A stretch of DNA of 64,000 bases from Chlamydiia bacterium (lineage in GTDB: Bacteria; Chlamydiota; Chlamydiia; Chlamydiales; JAAKFQ01): positions 13,446 to 77,445 of the forward strand of contig JBDNIV010000017.1 in the NCBI GenBank assembly GCA_041688145.1, read 5' to 3'. The translations under genes and the position numbers were made by a program. Every line of letters starts with the position of its first letter. Position 1 is the first letter of the stretch. Positions 45,274 to 54,776 of the stretch are shown here, piece after piece. The notes under the pieces are model-generated. The model searched no databases and was not told the origin of the DNA. It saw nothing but the letters and a program-made list of their open reading frames with translations.

Positions 45274-45732
45274 ATGGTACGCCCTAAAAGTGAACGCTTA
45301 AGAAAGCTTGAAGCCGAATGCCAAGACCTAAAACAGTGGCTCGACCTTGGTCTTGTGCCTAAAAAAGACCTTACAATCCATGAAGCTGAAATTAAAACGC
45401 TTGAGACTAAAATCGAAGAAGAAAAAGAGCGTCTTAAAGCGATTAAAGATAGCGGTGATACTGAAGAATATATCATCCCTAGAAGAAACAACGCTAAAGC
45501 CGGCTACCAAGAAAACGCGCTAGGCTCAGAGCTTGAGATTGAAGGCGGCAGCAGCCTAACAGATGCAGGCTTAGAGTCTTCTACTTACGAGAGCTCTTCT
45601 AGCTTTGCTCCTGATGGGTATGAAACAAGTGATGACCAAACAGATGTCACTGAAGAAGAAGAAGATCCTTTCTCAGATAAAAACCGCTGGAAGCGCGGGA
45701 TGCTGAGTGATCAAGACAACAGCCAGTGGTAA
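45274..45732 (+). CDS. Hypothetical protein, N-terminal coiled coil plus acidic S/E/D-rich tail
   Basis: GGAG lies 9 nt upstream of the ATG. The stop overlaps the hemW GTG start. No recognised motif. Confidence 0.5.
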   Translation: MVRPKSERLRKLEAECQDLKQWLDLGLVPKKDLTIHEAEIKTLETKIEEEKERLKAIKDSGDTEEYIIPRRNNAKAGYQENALGSELEIEGGSSLTDAGLESSTYESSSSFAPDGYETSDDQTDVTEEEEDPFSDKNRWKRGMLSDQDNSQW

Positions 45733-46880
45733 TAGCACCTAAAGCTAGTCTCTACTTCCATATCCCCTTCTGCCGTAAAAAGTGTCCTTATTGCCATTTT
45801 TATGTCTTGGCTTTTAAGGCCTCGCAAGAAGACCTTCTGATAGATGCTCTAGAACAAGAGTGGCAGCAAAAACGCGATAAACTCTCACAATTTTCTATCA
45901 CCTCTATATACTTTGGAGGGGGCACTCCAACGCAGCTCTCCCCTAAAGCTTTTGAAAAGATCCTTTCCTGGATCCATAGAGACTGCAAAGTTGACTTAGA
46001 CTGTGAGATCACATTAGAAGCCAATCCTGAAGATATCACCCCCTCTACTTTTCCTCTTAAAGACTACCAGTCTTTTGGCATTAACCGCATAAGCTTAGGA
46101 ATCCAATCATTTGATGATACTCTCTTAAAAGCGCTTGGGCGAGGGCACTTGGGAGCTCAAGCAAAGGCAGCTATTGAAAAAGCAGATAATTTTGGCTTTG
46201 ATAACATCACAATAGACCTGATGTATGAGACGCCGCACCAAACGCTTGAATCTTGGGAAAAAACGCTTCTTTGTGCAATTAGCCTTCCCATCTCACACAT
46301 CTCACTCTATAACCTCACTTTTGAAAAAGGAGCGGCTTTTTTCAGAAAGCAAAAAAGCCTTCTTCCTCTGCTTCCTTCTGAAGCAGACTCAACCCAGATG
46401 TTTGAGCTCTGTGATGAAATCCTGCCTAAAGCGGGCCTCAATCGTTATGAAATCTCTGCTTTTGCTAAAACTAAAAAAGAATCTCGACATAACCTCGGCT
46501 ACTGGCAAGGTAGATCTTTTTTAGGTTTTGGTCCTTCTGCTTTTAGCTATTGGGATAAAAAGCGGTTTCAAAATATCGCAAATCTTAAAAAATATAGCGA
46601 CCTTTTAAAAGAAGGCAAAAGCCCAATAGATTTCAGTGAAAGCCTAGAGCCCCTAGCTCATCAAGCTGAGATGCTTGCGGTAGGCCTGAGACCTTTAGAA
46701 GGCATAGACATATCAAGCTTTGAAGCCCAATATGGGGCACTCAGCCCTGAGATCGAAAAAACACTTAAACGCTTAGAAGAGGCCAAGTTCATCAAACTTG
46801 CCTCTACACAAAAAATAAGCCTCACCCCGAAGGGGAGGCTTTTTCATGATACAGTAGCTGAAGAGCTCATTCAAGCTTAA
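45726..46880 (+). CDS. hemW: Radical SAM heme chaperone HemW / HemN-like
   Basis: [16 protein letters not shown] (CX3CX2C), a GGGTP motif, and a HemN_C-like C-terminus. GTG start. Confidence 0.88.
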   Translation: MVIAPKASLYFHIPFCRKKCPYCHFYVLAFKASQEDLLIDALEQEWQQKRDKLSQFSITSIYFGGGTPTQLSPKAFEKILSWIHRDCKVDLDCEITLEANPEDITPSTFPLKDYQSFGINRISLGIQSFDDTLLKALGRGHLGAQAKAAIEKADNFGFDNITIDLMYETPHQTLESWEKTLLCAISLPISHISLYNLTFEKGAAFFRKQKSLLPLLPSEADSTQMFELCDEILPKAGLNRYEISAFAKTKKESRHNLGYWQGRSFLGFGPSAFSYWDKKRFQNIANLKKYSDLLKEGKSPIDFSESLEPLAHQAEMLAVGLRPLEGIDISSFEAQYGALSPEIEKTLKRLEEAKFIKLASTQKISLTPKGRLFHDTVAEELIQA

Positions 46881-47935
46881 GCTAAGCCAATATCTTTACA
46901 ACGGTAGACATCTTGAATACCGTGCAATAGCTCTATCCCCTCTTTCATAGGACGCTGGAATGCTTTTCTTCCACAGATAAGACCAAGACCTCCTGCACGC
47001 TTGTTGATGACAGCTGTTGATACCGCATCTTGCAAATCGTTGTCTCCAGAAGCGCCGCCCGAGTTGATAAGGCCCATACGCCCCATGTAGCAGTTGATAA
47101 CCTGGTAACGCGTAAGATCAATTGGATGATCCGAACAAAGATCTGTGTACATGCCATCGACTTGCTTACCAAACTTAAGCGTCTTAAAACCGCCGTTATT
47201 CGTTGGCAGCTTCTGCTTAATGATATCGGCTTCAATCGTCACACCAAGATGGTTCGCCTGGCCGGTTAAATCAGCTGCTGTGTGAAAGTCTTTACCCTCT
47301 GTTTTAAAACCAGGGTTTCTAAGATAGCACCAAAGAATTGTGGCCATGCCAAGCTCATGGGCTCTATCAAACGCTCTTGCCACATCAATAATTTGCTGGT
47401 CGCTTTCCTCAGAACCGAAATAGATTGTTGCACCTACAGCAGCGCACCCCATCTCATAAGCTTGCTCTACTGAAGCAAACATGATCTGATTAAATGTATT
47501 AGGATATGTCATCAACTCGTTGTGATTAAGCTTAAGAATAAAAGGGATCTTATGCGCGTATTTACGTGCTACAGAACCAAGCACTCCCAACGTAGACGCT
47601 ACACCACTACATCCGCCTTCAACAGCAAGCTTAACAATGTTTTCTGAATCGAAGTAAATTGGGTTTTTAGCAAATGAAGCTCCAGCTGTATGCTCAATAC
47701 CTTGGTCAACCGGCAAGATACTTAAGTACCCTGTATCCGCAAGTCTTCCATGAGAAAAAAGCCACTGCAAGTTACACAGCACTCTGCCATTACGGTTAGA
47801 AGGAATAAAGATCCTATCTACCCAATCAGACCCAGGCTTATGTAGGTCTTTAGAACACTCGATTTTACTTTTGTAGTTTAAAAGGTCATCTGCTTGATTT
47901 CCTAGAATTTTTTCAATATCACTTAGTTTTGCCAT
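46877..47935 (-). CDS. fbaB: Class I fructose-bisphosphate aldolase (DhnA/FbaB type)
   Basis: Collinear with E. coli FbaB: [52 protein letters not shown] and AVINKRAGG. Confidence 0.9.
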   Translation of the reverse strand: MAKLSDIEKILGNQADDLLNYKSKIECSKDLHKPGSDWVDRIFIPSNRNGRVLCNLQWLFSHGRLADTGYLSILPVDQGIEHTAGASFAKNPIYFDSENIVKLAVEGGCSGVASTLGVLGSVARKYAHKIPFILKLNHNELMTYPNTFNQIMFASVEQAYEMGCAAVGATIYFGSEESDQQIIDVARAFDRAHELGMATILWCYLRNPGFKTEGKDFHTAADLTGQANHLGVTIEADIIKQKLPTNNGGFKTLKFGKQVDGMYTDLCSDHPIDLTRYQVINCYMGRMGLINSGGASGDNDLQDAVSTAVINKRAGGLGLICGRKAFQRPMKEGIELLHGIQDVYRCKDIGLA

Positions 47936-47988
47936 TTAGGTATCTCCTCGTTATGAAGCGTAACTTTACCTGAAATGACTGAATGTGA

Positions 47989-48013
47989 CAAGGGCCTCTA
48001 AAAGAGGCCCTTG
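47989..48013 (-). terminator. GC-rich hairpin CAAGGGCCTCT-aaa-AGAGGCCCTTG downstream of the PP2C gene
   Basis: Read directly from the sequence: an 11-bp perfect stem 36 nt after the stop at 48049. The U-tract is weak. Confidence 0.5.
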
Positions 48014-48048
48014 CTTTACTATTTCCTAAGATGATCAACAAGAGGATT

Positions 48049-49310
48049 TTAACTAAGCTCTCTTTTAGTTAAGTCCCAATGGATAAGTGAGATGTTATCT
48101 CCTTTTGAGCTTGCTTGTTCATAAGCTGCTTTCACCCAAGCTTGAGGCCCCTCTAAAACAGTTGGAAGAAATTTAGAGCTGTCTGGGAAGCTATCTGTCA
48201 CACCATCGCAACATACAACTACGTGTAACACATCTGCCATAGCGAAAGGGCCTTGAACATCAGGAACACATAGAAGGCCTACATGCCCATTTGGAAGCTC
48301 TATACTAGTTGGAAGCACTATACTAGAATGCCCAAAAGCATGAGAAACACCAAAGGTATCTTCTCCCCCGTCATCCCAGTGCAAGCCTCCATAGACTGAG
48401 CCACCAAGAGGTACTGCTGATTCATCTACTAAATAGCCCTGCTTACGCATTGCGACTATAGTATCCTTATCGAACCCATGGTCTTCGCTAGCTGCAAGCC
48501 ATTTATTATCGCGGTCATAGACAATAGTCCGAGAATCTCCCAGGTTAATTATCCAACAATTATTTTTTATTCTTAAAAAGAGAGTCGCTGTTGTACCTGC
48601 TCGAGCGGTTGGAGGCTGGTCTGTGAGTGAAGGCTGAGCATTCCTTGGAAACTGTCTTACACACGCTGCTTGTGCCTGCTCAAATATAGCGATAATCTCA
48701 CCTTGAAAGTTTTCTGGAGCAATCTCTTCTGAGACTAGTCTTTGAGCAAGAAGAACAAGCTTTTCCCTCATTTCATCTTTAATAAATTCAGAGAGTTGCT
48801 TGCCGGGGGGGTCTTGATATCGCTTTCAGGACTTGCACTGTGTCCATCGAAAACACCTAAAATAGTGTAATCTCTTGTCTGCACAACAACTGTACTATCT
48901 TCTTGATATTTCAGTTCAGGGCCAGTTGTATGAACGTCTGTTATACCTGAACTAGTTTGAACTTCCACATCAAAAACCTTGTCTGGAAATTTTCCAGAAT
49001 CAGTAGTACATTTAAATAGCTCACAAGCCATCCGATCAAGCCCTATACTTACAGTTTCTTTTTGAGGTGGCTGCTGTTCTAATTCTCTAGGCTGAGCTTG
49101 AAGGTAAGATAACGCTAAGCGCGTTAGATACCCAAGTGCTAAAGAAGAGGCTACAGTCGCAGCAAACAGCTTTAAAGAAGGAGCTTTTATAGCATTTGAT
49201 TTTAGAGTGCTTTGAGCTACATAAGCTACAAGTCCAACAAAAGGCGTGATAGCAGCAGCGGCAGGCAGATAACTGCGACAATTAGTATACGAAAAAGGAA
49301 ATAGAAACAT
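48049..49310 (-). pseudogene. Membrane-anchored PP2C-family Ser/Thr phosphatase split into two ORFs (48768..49310 and 48049..48771) by a frame change at a 7-nt homopolymer
   Basis: The upstream ORF ends just after GVFDGHSA (PP2C motif 1-2). The downstream ORF carries GTTATL..NLGDSR, CCDGVTD and GDNISLI. One extra C in the C7 run (plus-strand G7 at 48805-48811) joins them as ...DIKTPPGKQLSEFIKDEMREKLV... Confidence 0.7.
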
Positions 49311-49504
49311 AATTTTACACTCTAAGTTGTTTTTTATAATAACAATTATAATTCAAATGAGCATTTATTAGAATAGAAAAAGCAAACAGCCCTTGCTGAG
49401 AGAAGTCTGTTGTTTATATAAGTAATGCGCAGGCTCAAATATAAGCAAAGCGCTTATCTTTAATAAAATAAGCCCCCTGCTTAAGATCAAAAATTTTCTA
49501 ATAC

Positions 49505-49939
49505 TTACTTCTTGTAAAAAGCGAGCTCTACTATTCCATCTTTAGCCCAAATTGTTCCTTTAGGCTGATGTAATCGGTCTATTTTTGGAGGCAAAGGCAG
49601 TGTGTATTTGAGCTCTTTAGAGCTACTATTGAAGCCAAAAGCTCCACGAGATCTTGCTTGAACAATAAGAACTAGATTGTTGTTTTCGTTGATATGCGAT
49701 TCAAACGAAGTAATTATCAAACCTTTCAAAGTGGCCTCTTTACCTTCTTTTTCCTCCCAAAACATAGCTTTTAGATAGATAAACTTATCATCTTCTGATG
49801 CTTTCCAATCTCCTTGCAGCAAACTAGCATAAGCTTCTAAAGAGCACTGATCTGTTCCAATAATATTAATGGAGCCCCCTGCTCGAAAATCTAATCTATC
49901 TGTGATGAAGTAATTTCCTGAATCCACTGAATTTGCCAT
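49505..49939 (-). CDS. Hypothetical protein (144 aa); weak resemblance to an alpha-crystallin/Hsp20-type C-terminus
   Basis: ELKYTLPLPPKIDRLHQPKGTIWAKDGIVELAFYKK loosely resembles the F.R...LP..vd....A...GvL.i..pK pattern. This is only a weak hint. Confidence 0.45.
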   Translation of the reverse strand: MANSVDSGNYFITDRLDFRAGGSINIIGTDQCSLEAYASLLQGDWKASEDDKFIYLKAMFWEEKEGKEATLKGLIITSFESHINENNNLVLIVQARSRGAFGFNSSSKELKYTLPLPPKIDRLHQPKGTIWAKDGIVELAFYKK

Positions 49940-50336
49940 GTTATTTCTCCTTATTTCTATTCTGTGTAAACCTTAAAAAAGAGCCAGTGTACCTCCTTCC
50001 TTCTATTTTTTTCTAGTGATAAAAAGCCTTTCCTTGCTACAAGGTTTAAAAAAAATATATTGATACATGAGACAAAAAAACTATGAAGCTTAATGGAAGA
50101 AAAGCGCACAGAAAAAAAGGAACTTCTAAGTTTCCTAAACCCTTTCTTAAGCTGATAGCTCCTTTACACTGGTACCCTGTTTTTGCCAGCCGCATTACCC
50201 ATGTAGGTGGCGATCCTAACGGCTTTGGAAAAGAGATGTTCCAAACATATATCCATCTATATTAAAACACGTTGAAAATCAAAGGCGTTTTATGCATAAT
50301 GTGCTTATCTATAAAGACTCTTTTTAAAGGAATGAA

Positions 50337-52265
50337 ATGCGCCGATCGATAGCTGTAAGTGAGCCTGCCATAGCCTATGCAGGACAAAAAAGAACCTGGA
50401 AATTTATCTATACAACAGCCACTGCCCTACCTAAGGGAACAAAGCTAAAGTTTGATCTGCTTAGTGAAGGGCGCCCTACAGACTGGGAATTGCCTGAAAC
50501 CGATAGCAAAAAGAAAAAAAATGTAATCTACATGGTTACAGAAGAAGGGGCTAAAGCTTTTGCTAAAGCTGTTATTCCCAAAAATACTCCTGTGCCTCAG
50601 TTTGAGTTTGAGCTTCCTGAAGATCTAGAAGCAGAAGATAGCTTTACTATTTTTATCGGCAAGGGTCCTTCTTCTTCCGTAGAAGACAACTCAGCAGGTA
50701 ATACGTGCCAATGCCATTTGCAAAGAAGGCGCTCTTTTTACCTCTATATCGACACAAAGGGAAAAGGCAACTACGGTGATCCTGAAATCTTTACCATCGA
50801 CGTTAAAGGGGCAGAGCTTTCTCACATACGCGCAATTACCCCTTCTTTTGTAGTAAAAAACAAGCGCTTTGATGTTGTGCTCCGCTTTGAAGATGAGTTT
50901 GGAAACTTTACTAGCAATACTGAAGAAGGCACACTTATCGATCTCAGTTACAATCAGCTACGTGAAAACTTAAGTTGGAAGCTGTTTATTCCTGAGACGG
51001 GCTATTTAGCTATCCCCAACCTCTATTTTAATGAGCCTGGTGTCTACAGGCTTAAGCTTCACAACACTCGTACAGGGGATATTTTCTACTCTGCGCCTAT
51101 TAAATGCTTTTCTGAAGAGGCGCCAAGCCTTTTTTGGGGTCAGTTACATGGAGAAAACGAAAAATACGACACAATGGAAGACATTGAACCGTGCCTTAGA
51201 TCGTTGCGTGATGAAGAGGCTATGAACTTCTTTGCCACTTCTAATCCAGAACCTACTGAAGAGACTTCAAATGATGTCTGGAAACAAGTCGTAAATAACG
51301 TTGCCCAATTCAATGAAGAAGACCGCTTTGTGAGCATGCTTGGCTTCCAATGGCAAGGGGAAGACAATGAAGAGGGCCTTCGACAATTTATTTATGCAAA
51401 AGACTCAAAACCTCTTTTGAGGAAAAAAGAGTCTAAAAATAGCGCTTTAAAAAAGATCTATCGCACCCATACACCTAAAGAGCTGCTAGCTATTCCCTGT
51501 TTTACAGGATCGAGCTTAGCTCCTTTTGATTTTAAGGATTTTAATCCTGAATTTGAACGTGTTGTAGAAATCTATAACGCTTGGGGCTCTTCTGAATGCA
51601 CTGCAAAACAGGGCAATCCTTTTCCCATCAATTCTAAAAAGAAAAAAGGCGCAACTGCCTTTGATAAGGGAACGATTCGTCACGCTCTGAACCAAGGCCA
51701 CCGCTTTGGATTTACAGCAGGAGGCCTTGACGATCGCTTCACCTATGAAAACCTTATAGATGAGGGGCAAAAGCAGTACTCACCTGGGATTACAGGGATT
51801 ATGGCACCACAATTTAGCCGCGATGCTCTTTTTGAGGCGCTTTACCAAAGGCGAACTTTCGCAACAACTGGACCTAGGATGCTGCTCGGCCTAAACTTAG
51901 CAAACGCCCCTATTGGATCTGAGCTTTCTACTTTGCAAAAGCCAGGCCTTATTGTTAACCGCCATATCAGCGGCTTTGCAGTTGGCACAGAAGACTTAGA
52001 AAAGATTGAGATTATAAGAAATGGTGAAGTCCTAAGTACATTTAAGCCAGACTCCTCTGAGTTTTCTTTTACCTACGATGACATGGACCCTCTTGGAGAT
52101 GTGGTTTTGCCTCCTGGCAGTAATGAAACTCCCTTTGTCTATTACTATTTAAGAGTCTTCCAAAAAGATGGCCACATTGCCTGGAGCTCACCCATTTGGA
52201 TCGATTTTATTGCCAATGAAAGTGCTTCTCTCTTGATGAAATCAAGGAAAAAAGGACGTAAGTAA
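50337..52265 (+). CDS. DUF3604-like (PHP-fold-like) protein with an extra N-terminal domain
   Basis: VVEIYNAWGSSE, GFTAGGLDDR and SRDALFEALYQRRTFATTGPRMLL resemble the conserved DUF3604 blocks. The expected N-terminal metal motif reads FWGQLHGEN. Confidence 0.55.
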   Translation: MRRSIAVSEPAIAYAGQKRTWKFIYTTATALPKGTKLKFDLLSEGRPTDWELPETDSKKKKNVIYMVTEEGAKAFAKAVIPKNTPVPQFEFELPEDLEAEDSFTIFIGKGPSSSVEDNSAGNTCQCHLQRRRSFYLYIDTKGKGNYGDPEIFTIDVKGAELSHIRAITPSFVVKNKRFDVVLRFEDEFGNFTSNTEEGTLIDLSYNQLRENLSWKLFIPETGYLAIPNLYFNEPGVYRLKLHNTRTGDIFYSAPIKCFSEEAPSLFWGQLHGENEKYDTMEDIEPCLRSLRDEEAMNFFATSNPEPTEETSNDVWKQVVNNVAQFNEEDRFVSMLGFQWQGEDNEEGLRQFIYAKDSKPLLRKKESKNSALKKIYRTHTPKELLAIPCFTGSSLAPFDFKDFNPEFERVVEIYNAWGSSECTAKQGNPFPINSKKKKGATAFDKGTIRHALNQGHRFGFTAGGLDDRFTYENLIDEGQKQYSPGITGIMAPQFSRDALFEALYQRRTFATTGPRMLLGLNLANAPIGSELSTLQKPGLIVNRHISGFAVGTEDLEKIEIIRNGEVLSTFKPDSSEFSFTYDDMDPLGDVVLPPGSNETPFVYYYLRVFQKDGHIAWSSPIWIDFIANESASLLMKSRKKGRK

Positions 52266-52268
52266 GCC

Positions 52269-52448
52269 ATGAGCTTTATTGCCACCTTGCTTCTTACTGT
52301 GGGCGCTTTACTCTTATGTACACTTGGCCTTGGCATTAGTTATGTTATTCAGGGAAAAAGCCGCCTCTCTTGCAGACGGTGCGGCTTTGACCCTACAAAA
52401 GCTAAGCAAAGCTGTAAATTGTGCGGTAAAGCTCCTAAAGCCCCTTAA
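52269..52448 (+). CDS. Small membrane protein (59 aa) with one TM helix and CxxC-x13-CxxC; not in the supplied ORF track
   Basis: My own translation is MSFIATLLLTVGALLLCTLGLGISYVIQGKSRLSCRRCGFDPTKAKQSCKLCGKAPKAP. It starts 3 nt after the upstream stop. It is more protein-like than the overlapping track ORF 52279..52464. Confidence 0.4.
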   Translation: MSFIATLLLTVGALLLCTLGLGISYVIQGKSRLSCRRCGFDPTKAKQSCKLCGKAPKAP

Positions 52449-52474
52449 AGCTTTTTTAAAATGAGGTAATCTAC

Positions 52475-53179
52475 TTGAGTCTATACACAAAAGACAAACC
52501 CCAAACTATCGCCTCCTTATTTGACCACATTGCCCCTCACTACGATAAAGGCAATGCATGGCTCTCATGTAACCTTTTCCGTCTATGGAATCGCGCTCTT
52601 GTCCAAAAGCTAAGTAGAAAAAATCCCACAACTTTTGTTGATCTTTGTGGAGGTACAGGTGCTATTACCGAAGCACTTATGAAAAAAACACCCCTAAAAA
52701 AAGCGCTTATCGTAGATTTTTCTAAAGGCATGTTAGATGTAGCTGAAAAGCGCCTGAAAGGTTTTCCTATTCAGTGCATCACAGCTGATATAGAAAACCT
52801 TCCTTTAGAAGAAAATATCTGCGACTGCGCTGCCGTCGCCTATGGGATTCGTAATGTAAACGATCGGGTAGCTGCTTTGAAAGAGGCTAAGCGCATCTTG
52901 ATACCGGGAGGCACCTTTGCTATTTTAGAGCTTTCTACACCTAAAAATTTCATCTTAAAACATATGCATGCTCTTTATCTTAACAAGCTTGTCCCCTGGA
53001 TCGGAAAAAGGGTTGCTAAAGACAAAAAAGCATATGAGTACTTGAGTCAAAGTATCCAAGGCTTTATCTGCGCAAAACAGCTTGAAAAAGAGGTCTTAGA
53101 TGCAGGCTTTATCTGTGTCGAAACAAAACCCTTGTTGTTTGGTTCAGCTGTTTTAATCACAGCTACAAAGCCGTTGTAG
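52475..53179 (+). CDS. ubiE: Demethylmenaquinone/ubiquinone methyltransferase
   Basis: LFDHIAPHYDKGN, VDLCGGTGA, AYGIRNV and YEYLSQSI match UbiE/MenG blocks. TTG start with GAGG upstream. Confidence 0.88.
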   Translation: MSLYTKDKPQTIASLFDHIAPHYDKGNAWLSCNLFRLWNRALVQKLSRKNPTTFVDLCGGTGAITEALMKKTPLKKALIVDFSKGMLDVAEKRLKGFPIQCITADIENLPLEENICDCAAVAYGIRNVNDRVAALKEAKRILIPGGTFAILELSTPKNFILKHMHALYLNKLVPWIGKRVAKDKKAYEYLSQSIQGFICAKQLEKEVLDAGFICVETKPLLFGSAVLITATKPL

Positions 53180-53180
53180 C

Positions 53181-53843
53181 CTAGACTTTGAGTCCTCTTA
53201 TCAGAAGGCCTTGATCAAAACTTTTCAGATGGTCTTGTGAATATTTTAAAAGCATCTTTTCAAAATGTATACTCTTAGCTTTTACCTGAGCTAAGCTAAC
53301 TTTTTCTGAGCTACACATCTGTTCAATTTTCTGGACCTCATGTAAAAGGCTTTCTATTAAGACTATCTTTTCTTTTTGCTTTTGCACATTTTTTTTAGTC
53401 TTTATAACATTATCAGAGTCATTATGATATTTTATGTCTATCTGGCTAATCTCTTTTTTTATAGTAGCCTGTCTTGCTTGTAGATGCTTAGGTACAGCTC
53501 TTGGAAATTTTTTTCGCTCACCATCTAAAGCGTGACGCTTTTTTAAAAGATTCTGAAGATTTTCTAGCAGCTTTTCTTTATGAGTAAGCATTTCCTTAAT
53601 ATCTTTTTCACAAAAGATTTTTTCTGCGCTTAGCCCTAAAGTCATTTTAATTGCATAGTCTTCAAACTTAGAAAGGTCTGTTTTCTCTACGTATACGGTC
53701 TCGCTTAGATAATCTTGCTCTATGCCTGTGTACTCATTATATATGATCGGCTCATCATCGTGGGCCTTTACGTCTTCTTCTTTGGTGAAAAGATAGTGCG
53801 CAGCAGCATGCAACCATGAAGAAACACCTTCTAAAGAACCCAT
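53181..53843 (-). CDS. Hypothetical coiled-coil protein
   Basis: K/E/Q-rich heptad-like sequence with no recognised motif. Confidence 0.5.
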   Translation of the reverse strand: MGSLEGVSSWLHAAAHYLFTKEEDVKAHDDEPIIYNEYTGIEQDYLSETVYVEKTDLSKFEDYAIKMTLGLSAEKIFCEKDIKEMLTHKEKLLENLQNLLKKRHALDGERKKFPRAVPKHLQARQATIKKEISQIDIKYHNDSDNVIKTKKNVQKQKEKIVLIESLLHEVQKIEQMCSSEKVSLAQVKAKSIHFEKMLLKYSQDHLKSFDQGLLIRGLKV

Positions 53844-53950
53844 AACAGACCTCCTCTCAGACTAAATTAAAAAACTAAGTTTACATAGCGCAGGAAAAAG
53901 AACCTAGCGAAAACACAGGTCCCTTACATAAGAGTGGAGAAAAGATAGAG

Positions 53951-54682
53951 CTAAACTTTAACAGGAGGCTTGAGCACATCAAACTCTTTTTTCAAGCTAT
54001 CAAGCTCAGCTTTAATTGCCTTTTGCTTGCTCTGACTCTTTTTTAAAAAAGCTAAAAGCTCTGAAGAAGATAAATCCCCTTTTTCTACAGCTTGAGCGGC
54101 TCCTTTTTTGACAGCCTGGTATTCATACAGTTTACCCTCATAGGAAAAGTAAGCTTTTAGAACTTTTTCTTCAGACTTAAGCTCTTTGCAAAGTTTGTCT
54201 AGATTCAGGCGCGCTCCTTCTAAGCGAGAAGTGACCTTTGTAAGGTCTGGACGCAAAACTCCTAGCTCTTGAAAAAGAGATCGATTTTCCACATGCCACA
54301 AGCTTGCGTTTTCATAAGCTTGCATATGCGCCTCTAGACGGATCACTTCACATTCTAGATCTGTGATCTGAAGGCAAAGCCTTTTATAAATTTCATACTC
54401 ACTATGATCTAGGGGCAAACTTGTTCGGTCCTGGACAGTAAGACTCGCCTCACTGCTAGGCCAGAAAGACAAAGAAGTCGGCCAAGATGGCATCCAGTTC
54501 CAATAACTTTTTTCCTCTTTTGCAGAGCTCAATGTATCTACTGTAGGCCTCTTTTCATCAGCCTTAACTACGGGCAAATTTTTCTCAGCCTCTAGCTGAT
54601 TTTCAAGCCCATTTAACTCAACATCTATAAAAGGCTCTAAAGGAGCTGAGGCTAATTGTGCACTAGAACTTACTTCTGTCAT
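53951..54682 (-). CDS. Hypothetical protein with a W/P/S-rich patch and a C-terminal coiled coil
   Basis: 243-aa ORF containing SYWNWMPSWPTSLSFWPSS, followed by heptad-like sequence. No recognised motif. Confidence 0.5.
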   Translation of the reverse strand: MTEVSSSAQLASAPLEPFIDVELNGLENQLEAEKNLPVVKADEKRPTVDTLSSAKEEKSYWNWMPSWPTSLSFWPSSEASLTVQDRTSLPLDHSEYEIYKRLCLQITDLECEVIRLEAHMQAYENASLWHVENRSLFQELGVLRPDLTKVTSRLEGARLNLDKLCKELKSEEKVLKAYFSYEGKLYEYQAVKKGAAQAVEKGDLSSSELLAFLKKSQSKQKAIKAELDSLKKEFDVLKPPVKV

Positions 54683-54776
54683 TGTTTTACTCCAAAGATA
54701 AAGGTCAAAAAATACCCCTATAGGATAAGGTAATTGGGAATGAATAGCAACTTGAAACAGGTGTAGCTTTAGTCTT

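Noticed and set aside
45141-45491. 116-aa minus-strand ORF overlapping the 5' end of 45274..45732
   Set aside because: The composition is S/L/R-rich and antisense-like. The + strand ORF has a GGAG SD and is coupled to hemW. However, the non-coding part of this region is kept as an sRNA candidate.
50083-50265. 60-aa basic ORF in the 49940-50336 spacer
   Set aside because: It has no SD, is at the size threshold, and shows no recognisable motif. It is not called as a gene, though the spacer itself is flagged for a transcript check.
52279-52464. Track ORF (61 aa, TTG start) between the DUF3604-like gene and ubiE
   Set aside because: The overlapping ATG-initiated frame at 52269..52448 gives a much more convincing small membrane Cys-motif protein. 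Only one of the two can be real.
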